Positions 53,684-64,000 of a stretch of DNA of 64,000 nucleotides are shown here, piece by piece. Both the position numbers and the translations under genes were made by a program. Source of the DNA: Piromyces finnis finn (Eukaryota > Fungi > Neocallimastigomycota); the NCBI GenBank assembly GCA_002104945.1, contig MCFH01000001.1, positions 1,054,001-1,118,000 on the forward strand, read 5' to 3'. How positions within the stretch are numbered: position 1 is the stretch's first letter; every line of letters begins with the position of its first letter. Below the pieces are notes generated by a model. That model did no database searches and was not told the origin of the DNA. It worked only from the letters and a program-made list of their open reading frames with translations.

Positions 53684-56599
53684 TTAATAAAGTGTAGTAC
53701 TTTGTGCTCTAGCTCTATTCTTCTTCTTTTTAGTTTTACTTTTACGACTAACAGTAGTAGCCGCACTCTTACGACTTAAAACAGAAACAGTTTCCCATTC
53801 TTCATCATCTGTATCGTTAGCATTAGCCTTCTTCTTCTTCTTCTTTTTCTTTGTTGGTTCCATCATTGGCATGCCCATCATATTGAATCCATTAGCATTA
53901 GCCATCATACTCATACGCATCATATTCATCATATTCATATTCATATTATTCATGTTATTCATATTATTGTTCATACCGTTAATGTCACCATTACCATTAT
54001 TATTCATGCTATTCATACCATTCATCATACCCATCATATTCATAGGCATTCCCATACCATTCATTGGTATACCCATATAATTCATCATATTCATACCATT
54101 GTTATTATTATTATTATTATTGGCAGAGGATGGTGAAGTAGAATTATTATTAGTATTTTCATTATTACTTGAACCAGCAGTATTAGTGTTATTACCCATG
54201 TTATTCATACCCATTCCTGGCATGTTCATATTCATATAATTCATACCTGGCATCATAAACATTCCAGGCATAATTGGAATACCGTTAATGTTAGGCATCA
54301 TACCATTCATCATTGGATTCATCATTGAATTCATTGGATTAATGGCATTGTTATTATTTTCATCTGAAGAACTTTCAGAAGATGGTGAATTGGATGGACT
54401 AGAAGATTTTGGTGTGGTATTAGCATTCATGGAAATAACATTGGAATTTATAGTATTCATAGTATTATTTGTATCCATACCATTGGTATTTATGGTATTG
54501 ATACTCATGGAATTAGTATTCATTGTATTATTAGCATTTATGCCACTAGTATTCATAGAACTAGCACTTGTATTCATAATATTCATGTAAGAATCTCCCA
54601 TCATCGTTGTCGAATCATTATTTTGGGTAGGGTTAGTATTTGATACTGGACTTATTTTTTCACTTGCCATTTTATAACTATTATTAGTTTTGGCCATTTC
54701 AGTTTCATATGAATCCATTGGGTATTTATCAAAGGCAGATACTGATGGTGTATTTGAAGTAACTTGGCTTGATGTTGGAGAGATGACAGTTGTTACAGCA
54801 GCAGCATTTGTCATAGCAACATATGGATTTGTATAGACACTCGAAGAAATAACTTTAGCCATTGTAGTTGGACTAGTTATCATTGGTTGAACTTGAGAAG
54901 AAAGTTGATATTGAGTTTGGATATGTGGTTGAATTTGAGGTTGAGTTTGTGGGGTTTGTGGAGTAGTAGTTGAACTTGTGCTTATCTTTGGAGATGGTGA
55001 TAAAGGAGAGCTAAAGTCAAACATATTGAAATCTATTAAAGGACTAGAGGCGTTCATTTGACCGAGGAAGCTGCTAACCTTTGAAGATGGTGAAATAGAG
55101 TCACCGCTAGTATTTAATGTTAATGAGGTATTGATAGGTTTCACCTGACTTTGTGGTTGTAATTGATAACTTGTATAACTGTATTGACTTTGTTTATTTA
55201 CTCCTGTCTTTTTCTTTGGAATCATCATGCTTTGAGTTTGTTCTTGAAGTAATTGAAGTTGACGTTTTTGTTCTTCGATATTTTCTAATTCATTTAACTT
55301 TTCCATCTTTTCTCTCTCTATTCTTTGAACTTCTAGTTTTTCCCTTTCTATTCTTTCTCTTTCTTTTCTTTCATTTTCTATAATCTCTCTTTCCATTCTT
55401 TCTCTTTCTCGTTTTTCTTCTAATTCTCTTTCCATTCTTTCTCTTTCTTGCTTCTCCTTTTCTCTCATTTCCTTTTCAATTCTTTCTCTTTCTCTCATCT
55501 CTTGTTCTATTCTTTCTCTTTCTCTCTTTTCCCTTTCAATTCTTTCCTTTTCTAATCTTTCTCTTTCCATTCTTTCTCTTTCTAATCTTGCCATTTCCAT
55601 TTCCATTCTTTCTCTTTCCATTCTTTCTTTTTGTAATCTTTCTTGCTCTAAACGATCTTGTTCTCTCTTTTCTCGTTCCATTTTTTCTCTTTCTTTTCTT
55701 TCTTCTTCCAACTTTCTTAGTTTTTCAATTCTTTCTTTTTCTAATCTTTCTTGTTCTAATCTTTCTTGTTCTTTTCTTTGTTGTTCTCTTTTTTGTTGTT
55801 CTTTCTTTTGCTGTTCTAATCTATGTTGTTCCATTTCTCTTTCTACTCTTTCTTTTTCCATTCTTTCTTGTTCTTCTCTTTGTCTTTCTAATCTTTCCAT
55901 TTCTTGTTTTTCTTGTTCATATAATTGTTGTTGTTGAAGTTGCTGTTGTTGAAGTTGTTGCTGTTGAAGAAGTAATTGTTTTTGCCATTGTAATTTTATT
56001 ATTTGAGATTGACGTAATTTATATTGATATGATGGGTCATTAACATTCTGTTGTTCTTGTTGAACTCCATTCATTCCTATTTGACTATTCATATTCATAT
56101 TCATTGGGCTAGTCATATTATTCATTAGACTAGTCATGTTGTTCATTGGACTAGCCATATTACTTAATGGACTAGTCATATTATTCATTGGACTAGCCAT
56201 ATTACTTAATGGACTAGTCATATTATTTAATGGACTAGTCATGTTTTGGAATGCAGAATGATCATGCTTTGAATGTGTAGACATGTTACTACCAGAAATA
56301 TTACTGCCTATCGATTTGGCTGATTTATGTCTATTATGTTTTCTCTTTGGTTTAATTGATCTTGGCATTAATCCTCCATCATTACTAGTGGCGCTACTTA
56401 ATCCTGGACTACTCATAGTAGGGCTACCTCCAACATTATTTTGAAAAGCAATAGCATTATTTAAATTCATAATATTTGTTGGACTAACCATAGATACTAT
56501 TTTTTTTTTTTTTTTTTAATTTTAATATAATTAGCAATAATTAAAAAAAAGTTAATATATTCAAATTTTTATACTAAAATAATATTTATATGATATATG

Positions 56600-56651
<52 letters not shown>

Positions 56652-59600
56652 TTATATTACCTTGAACATTTTCAGTAATAGTATTAAAATTACTATTATT
56701 GACACCATTATTAGCATTCATATTAAATGAATTATTACCATTATTACTTAAACTACTCTTTAAATTAAAAGTATTATTGCTATTCAAATCAAATGAACTA
56801 TTAATACTAGTACTAAATGGTTCATTATTTAATGGCGTTGGTTTTTCCTTTAATGGACTCATTTCAGTCATTAGTTCTTCAGATGAACTTTTAGTGAGAT
56901 TACCAGTAGTTTCTTCTTTTTTAGTGTTATCATTTGAAAAGCTACTATTGAAATCCCAATCTGAGAATAATGCTTGTCTAATAGTGTTACTTAATAAATC
57001 ATCATCTCCAAGAACAAGAGAATTACTGTCATTTTCCTTATTTTTTAATGAATCATTATCTTTATTCAAATCAATTTTTCCAACATCTTTGCTAATACTA
57101 TTGACTTGTTTTTCTAATTCAATCTTTTCGTTAATTGAAGTTGCTAATGGTGAATGACTAACGTTTAAATTGAAATGGGCTAATAAATCTGAAAATCCAA
57201 TAACAGAAGCATCATTATCTGTTTCTGATTTAATATCAAGGGTTGGTGGAATGGTATTAATTGGTGATATAAGAGAACCCGAATTAGAATCAATTGTGTT
57301 TAATGTTAAAAAGTTCAATTGAGGTTTTTGATTATTCAATGTTTGAATAGTTTCAGGTGTTTCATTTCCTGTATTTGAACCAAGTTTATACTTATTTTTC
57401 TTTTTAGGATAAACAGGAGACATATCAGATTGAATATCATTACTACTATTAAACATATCAAATATTGTATTATTGGTTGAATTGTTCATCTCATCAATAT
57501 TAGATGAATTAAGAGGACTCATATTATTCATATTCATATTATTCATACCATTCATATTATTCATGTTATTCATATTATTCATACCATTCATATTATTCAT
57601 GTTATTCATGTTATTCATATTATTTATATTATTCATGTTATTCATATTATTCATATTATTTATATTATTCATATTATTCATGTTATTTATATTATTCATG
57701 TTATTCATATTATTCATGTTATTCATATTATTCATGTTATTCATATTACTCATATTATTCATATTATTCATGTTATTCATATTATTCATGTTATTCATAT
57801 TATTCATACCATTCATACCATTCATATTATTCATACCATTCATATTATTCATACCATTCATATTATTCATATTATTCATGTTATTCATATTGTTCATACC
57901 ATTCATATTATTCATATTATTCATACCATTCATATTATTCATATTATTCATACCATTCATATTATTCATATTATTCATATTATTCATATTATTCATACCA
58001 TTTATATTATTCATATTCATCATGCTATTCATATTATTCATATTATTCATATTATTCATATTATTCATATTATTCATATTATTCATACCATTCATATTCA
58101 TCATATTGTTCATATTGTTCATGTTCATACCATTCATATTCATGTTCATATTATTCATATTTAGATTATTAGATAGTTGAATAAGTGGCTTATCATCGTC
58201 ATCCTCTTCTTCGGCAATTGGTGTTATTTTTTTAGTTTTACCATCATTTTCATTGTCTGAATCAGAATCTGGAATTGTAAGAATATTTGTGGATAATTGA
58301 GAAACTCTATATGTCTTTTTTCCAATTTGGTTCATTAAACGACCCTTTTCTTTTTTAATGATTACAGGTGTTTTATTTTTTGAATCCTTTTCACTTAAAC
58401 TTGGTGATCCTTTACTACTACCTCTATCTTTACTACCACTTCTTTTATCTCTGCTGCTACTTCTATCTCTGCTAGCACTTCTATCTCTACTACTTCTTCT
58501 TCCTCTACTACTTCCGCTATCAGTACTACCTCTTCTTTCTCTACTACGTTCTCTATTTCCTCTTTCTCTACTTTCTGGTCTGTTACTATCACGGCTACTA
58601 TCTCTGTGGCTGCTATCTCTGTGGCTACTTGGTCTATGCATATCTCTATCTTTACTACTTCTTACTTCGCCTGGTACCCTACTCTTTCTTCTTCCCTCTC
58701 TATCTATAGTACTGAGTGGTCTTCTACTTTCTCTACGTTTTTTAAGTTTATCCATATCCTTTTCATCTCCTTCTTCTTTTGAAGCAGAAATAATTGTGAT
58801 TTTTGGTACAATAATGTACTTTGGATTATTATTAGCAATGAGATTGGCATTATCATCCTTGTTAAAAAGAGATGACACTTCCAAATTATCTGAATTTTGG
58901 AATTGATCATATACATTTTTAAATGATTGACTTTCCTTTCTTGGTGGTAATTTTATCTCATCAATAGATTTATTTTGAAGAACATCAGGTTCATTTGGAA
59001 TTTTACTTTCGGATACAAAAATCATTATATTTTTTTCCTTTTCACTTTTTATTAATTCCGTTAATTTTCCAATGTAGAAATCTTTATGACTATCATATGG
59101 ATTTCTGTTTTTTCCAACAGCGTCAACATCACCTTTATTTTTTGGTTTAAATTCTAATAATTTTTTTGGACTCCATGCCTCAAAACAAATTGTCATTATG
59201 TTATTTTTATCATTTTCGTCTATTGTTTCATTATTATCATTTTTATTTGCATCATTGGATAAATAATTCATTAATTTTATGATTGTATCACTGATCATAT
59301 TTACTATATTTTTTTCTTCTTCTTTTGGATTAACCTTTGCTTTTAATAAGTTTATAAAAATATTATCTTTATTTTCATGAGCATTAATAGAAGATGATTT
59401 TAATACAATACTGCTTGATTTATATTCCAAAGTTGAGTTTTTTGGTACTCTAATAATATGTACAGATGTGGAGTGTTCTGATGGTTCACTATTTATAATT
59501 CTAAATCCAATAACGTTAAGTTTTGATAATTTTAATTGTTCATATGAAAAATTATTTCCATCAATGACTTCGGATACTGTTTTTCTTACACATTCACTAC

Positions 59601-60707
59601 GACTTAATAAATTAATATCCACATACTTTTCGGAGGTGATAAAAATTTAACGAAATATTTATGAATATTGTATTATCAATATTTATTTTTTGAAATAAGG
59701 AATATTATTATTTTTGACATATGGATAAATTTTTTTATTTTAGCAAAATAATATTCAAGAAAAAAAAATTAAGATAATAAGAAAGATAATAAAAATATAT
59801 AAATTATTATTTTTATATTGTTAGTAAGTGCATTATATATATATACCAATATATATGTAAATAGTAATAATTAAATTAATACATTATCTGGGTTAACATG
59901 AGAGCTAAATCTTGGAGGTACTTTAAAATCTTTATCGGTTCTGGAGGTGTTTCCATAAGTTGTTAAAGAAGATTCAACACTTACCATACTTTCATTTCCA
60001 GGATGATGACTTTTTGGTCGATGATGGCGACTATGTCTTCTTTCCGAATCACGCATTCTTGAAGCTCTTCTACTTTTTCGATGATCATGATGATTATTAA
60101 CATAGAGTGATTTTGTTGCCTTTTCACGATGTTCATCTTTTTTTTCATTATCATCAATTGTTGATGATGTACCTAGATGACTTTTGTGATGACGTCTTTT
60201 TTCTTCGAGAGAACTTCTTGAATGTCTATGTTTTGATAATCTATGACTTGAAAGTCGATGTCCATGGCTTGACATTCTATGACCATGATTTGATAATCTA
60301 TGACTACGACTTTTTCTATGTTCGCTTTTTGATGAGGATTGAGTATTATTATTTGATGTACTTTCCGATAGTGTTGGTGTTTTTTGTTTCTTTTCATTAC
60401 TTTCGTTTAATTTATTATTTAATATTTCTTTTACTTCGCTTAACTTATCACTTTCATTGTCAAAAGCACCTAAAAGTGACAAAGAACCTACAGGATTATC
60501 ACCATCAACATTGTATATTAATGAAAAACCTTGTTCCTTTTTACTTGCTTCCATTTCTTTTTTCTCAAGCTGTTGTTGAACTGCTTTTGCTTGTAGTTCT
60601 TTTTGTTGTTGATATTGTTGTTGAAGTTGAGCTGTTGTTAATATAGGAGTATTTGAAATGGACATTTGGTCCATTGGATTTATATAATTGTTTTGTTGTG
60701 TATTCAT
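53684..60707 (-). CDS. Giant (~2200 aa) low-complexity protein, probably 3 exons (60707-59883, 59625-56661, 56496-53684)
   Basis: Intron 56660-56497 (GTAATA..ATAG, phase 1) joins ORFs 56569-59622 and 53684-56491 in frame and removes the poly-Tyr artefact, so this join is well supported. Intron 59882-59626 (GTATTA..AAG, phase 0) would add ORF 59871-60707 and is less certain. Domains: H/R/S-rich, RS/RD-rich, (NNM)n, NMTSP repeats, poly-Q, ER/K helix, M/G/N-rich and poly-K. Confidence 0.7.
57519..58160 (-). repeat. Coding 9-bp minisatellite (AATAATATG-type) encoding (NNM/NGM)n
   Basis: About 640 bp of 9-nt units in frame with exon 2. Its antisense reading gives spurious ORF 57473-58180. Confidence 0.9.
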
Positions 60708-61233
60708 TTTTTTATAAATATTAATAACTAATTATATTATTAAGGTATATGATTCTAACAATAGAATACATAATATATATAGTCATAATAAAAAAAAAAA
60801 ATAATTCATTAAATAAATTACATTCAATATTTATTGATATAGTAGATACACAATATAATCTTTTTTTATTTATATTTTATAAAAAATTATACCTTTAAGA
60901 TAGTATGTAGAATTAAATATTAAAATACTGTAAAAAAAAAAAAAAGGTAAAGAAAAATATATACTAAAGATAAATTAAAAATGATTGAAAAATTGAAATA
61001 GTTTAAAGTTCCATTTTCTACTTTTTTCTTTTCTTTTTTTTTTCTTTTTTCTTAAAAAAACAAATAATTTACTTGTATATATATTTATAAATAAATACAA
61101 GTAAGTTATATATAATAATAATAATTAAAGAATTCTAATATTCCTTTAATTATTTAAAGATTATCTTTTTTTTTTTTAATCACTTTTTTTTTTTTCTTTT
61201 TTTTTGTTATTTTGATAAAGAGGAAAAAAAAAA

Positions 61234-61264
<31 letters not shown>

Positions 61265-63411
61265 TTTATTGCATATATTTTAATATATTTAAAATAAATG
61301 ATTTAATCTATTTAATAATAATAAAAAAATTTTTTTTTAATGTATTTTATGGCATAAACACATGTAAAATGATGGTTTAAAGCTTGTTTTTTTTTTTTTA
61401 TTAAAAACTATGTTAACTATGTTAGTTTTTTATTATTAATATTTATTATTATTATTTTTTTTATTTCTATTTTTTATTTTCAATATTATTTTCAATTCTT
61501 TTTTTTTTTTTAAAGGTCTTTCTTTTCAACAATAACAACAACAACTTTCTGGTTTTAGTTGAGTGATCCTAATTCAAAATATAAATATAAAATAATTAAA
61601 TAATACATTTTACTATTAAAAAATAATTATTATTTATAAATTTATATAAAGAATAAAAAAAAAAAAAACTCTAAATATTATTAAATTTATCAATAATTAA
61701 TATTACAGTTTTTAAAACTTTTTATTATTATTCTTTTTTATTATTCAATGATTTATTAATAATTTAAATTTTAAATCATAATAATAATAATAATAATTAT
61801 AATTTTGTTTTAAATTATTATATTTAATAATTAATTAAATTAAATTAATATTCCATAAATTAATAAAAAATAAAAAAACGTTTTTTTTGTATTTATTTAA
61901 TAATATATGGAGATCTATTATAACAATCAATTAATTTCTGACTTTTACATATATTAAATATATTAAATAATATATGGACAATAAATTTCAATAGTATTAA
62001 TAAAAATATATTAAAAAAAAATAAAATGAAAACTTTTTTAGGAAAACGGTGATTAATATTATTTTTAATATTATTTAATATATGTTCAATAAACTAATTA
62101 TATAAATAATAAATATATTAAAATATAGTATAAAATATATTAATATTAATTAAAATATAATATCTATTTAAAAAATCATCACTCAAAAAAAAAAAAAATT
62201 AAACCACAAAAAAGTGGTTAAAAATAATAATTGTAGGTAGGTAGGTAGGTAAGTGTAGGAAGAGGATCAATGGAATGGAAAGTGGTTTACTTGTAATTAA
62301 TTATAATTAATTATAATTAATTTGATTCCCATTCAGAATTATTGGTAAAAAGATCGAATTTATAGTTAATTTTAACTTTTTAAACTTTCATATGAAAAAA
62401 GGTACTATTTTAAAGTATTGTAAGTAATTAAAGGAAACATCAATCTGTTAATTTGCAAAGGCGAGAGAGAGAATAATCAAAAGATATAAAGCATTTAAAA
62501 AATAAAAAGAATAAAGAGACTTTTATTATTTTTAATAAATAAAAAAATTAATGTAATATTTTATTCATTAAAAAACCTATTCTAACTACATATATTTTAT
62601 GCAAATATTTCATTTAATCATATGCAATACGTGATATATAGATGATTATCAAACACGTGTGACATATATCATAAATTTATTATATTTCATAAATTTATGA
62701 TCATTTTTTCAAAAGTTAAATTTTAACATACTAATGCCTATAAGACGGAAATTTAATCGGAGGCGGAAAATTTTATATTGAAACATATATTACAATAGTT
62801 TAAAATATATTTTAGTAATAGATCAAATCTGTATTTAAAAAAAAAAAAATTGTATATTTTTTTTGTATTTGAGAAAAAAATAAATAAAAAATTTCTGTAT
62901 TATAAGAAGTTTTTTTTTTTTCTCAAAATATAAAAGAAATTGAAAAATCAAAAAAGTTCAAAATAAAATATTGTTTTAAATATCTTTACAAATTAAATAT
63001 TAATCGTAATATCAAACTAATTGTTTAAAAGTTTAAAAAAAAAAAAAAAGAAGAAAATTAAAACTCACCATATAACACAAATCCAAATAATTAATATTTA
63101 TAATTTGAAAATAAAAAAAAATTTCTTCACCATTTTAATTTTAAATAATGTTAAAAGAAAAATTTTGATTATTGTTATTGAGTTTTTTATTTATAAAACT
63201 TTTATATTATAACATAATTTGTATAATATAATATAATAGTAATAATAATTCAATAATAATTCAATAATAATTCAATAATAATTCAATAATTGAAATCCAT
63301 TAAATGTTAATAATTCTTTAAAGAAATTGATAATTTCGAATTAAAAAAAAAAAAAAAAAACCCTATTCAAGCATTTATAAAATAAAAGGGAAAGGATAAT
63401 TTATTAGAAAT

Positions 63412-64000
63412 ATGAAAATGGAATCAGAAAAAAAAGAAAAAAGTTTAATAAATGAAATAATTGTTCTTGCTATACCTTCAGTGCTAGAGGAGGTTTTTAA
63501 AACATTACTTCAATATGTTGATACTGCAATGGTTGGCCATTTAGGTGAAGAAGCAACAGCTGCCGTTAGTACTACAACTACTATTGGTTGGCTTATAAGT
63601 TCATTTTTACAATCTATTGGTATAGCCCTTTTGGCTATGATGTCAAAATCAGTAGGTGAAAATAATAATGAAAAGTTAAAGAAACTTGCTGGACAAGCTA
63701 TATTATTAGTATTAGTATCAGGAATTTTAGTAGGTTCTATTGCGTTATCTCTCGCCAAATTTATACCAGTTTGGATGGGTACAGAAGTAAACGTAAGACC
63801 AGATGCCTCAAAATACTTTTTTATTATTAGTGTACCAATGGTTTTTAGAACTGCAGCATTAATTTTTGGTTCCTGTATAAGAGCTACTTTAGATACAAAA
63901 AGTCCCATGATTGTAAATGGAATTACTAATGTAATTAACGTCATTCTTGATTATTTACTTATATACGTATTCAAATTAGGTGTATCTGGTGCTGCTTATG
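63412..64000 (+). CDS. MATE-family efflux transporter, bacterial type, 5' partial (runs off window end)
   Basis: Open frame from ATG 63412: MKMESEKKEKSLINEIIVLAIPSVLEEVFKTLLQYVDTAMVGHLGEEATAAVS...IRATLDTKSPMIVNGITNVINVILDYLLIYVFKLGVSGAAY. These are canonical MATE N-lobe motifs. Absent from the ORF track because no stop falls inside the window. Confidence 0.92.
   Translation, partial: MKMESEKKEKSLINEIIVLAIPSVLEEVFKTLLQYVDTAMVGHLGEEATAAVSTTTTIGWLISSFLQSIGIALLAMMSKSVGENNNEKLKKLAGQAILLVLVSGILVGSIALSLAKFIPVWMGTEVNVRPDASKYFFIISVPMVFRTAALIFGSCIRATLDTKSPMIVNGITNVINVILDYLLIYVFKLGVSGAAY

Noticed and set aside
53871-60646. Plus-strand hydrophobic ORFs and short alternate-frame ORFs
   Set aside because: Antisense or off-frame shadows of repetitive coding sequence in the giant minus-strand gene.
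63510-63944. 144-aa minus-strand ORF
   Set aside because: Antisense shadow of the plus-strand MATE gene.

Overview
Extremely AT-rich, intron-containing eukaryotic DNA with homopolymer runs and microsatellites. Composition, N-rich low-complexity proteins, an intronless ankyrin expansion and bacterial-type intronless genes point to an anaerobic gut fungus (Neocallimastigomycota); this is inferred, not database-confirmed. In order, the window holds: (1) a spliced 14-TMS-type MFS transporter gene (314-4460) that the ORF track shows only as fragments, with a ~520-aa disordered tail; (2) two tandem DMT/EamA transporters, one with a ~200-aa loop insertion; (3) two tandem secreted 10-Cys proteins with likely GPI anchors; (4) two paralogous disordered proteins sharing an RVxF-type C-terminal motif, each preceded by a 7.6-11 kb gene-free stretch; (5) a LOG-family phosphoribohydrolase next to a 2.1-kb inverted duplication carrying two protein-identical ACC-synthase-like PLP enzymes with an unusual HCHCxxC insert; (6) a decayed sugar-porter fragment; (7) a 1584-aa ankyrin protein with an internal triplication; (8) a probably three-exon ~2200-aa low-complexity protein; and (9) the 5' part of a bacterial-type MATE transporter cut by the window end. 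The best candidate for an undescribed system is the LOG plus inverted-duplicate ACS-like locus. No tRNA, rRNA, CRISPR array or intact transposon could be supported.
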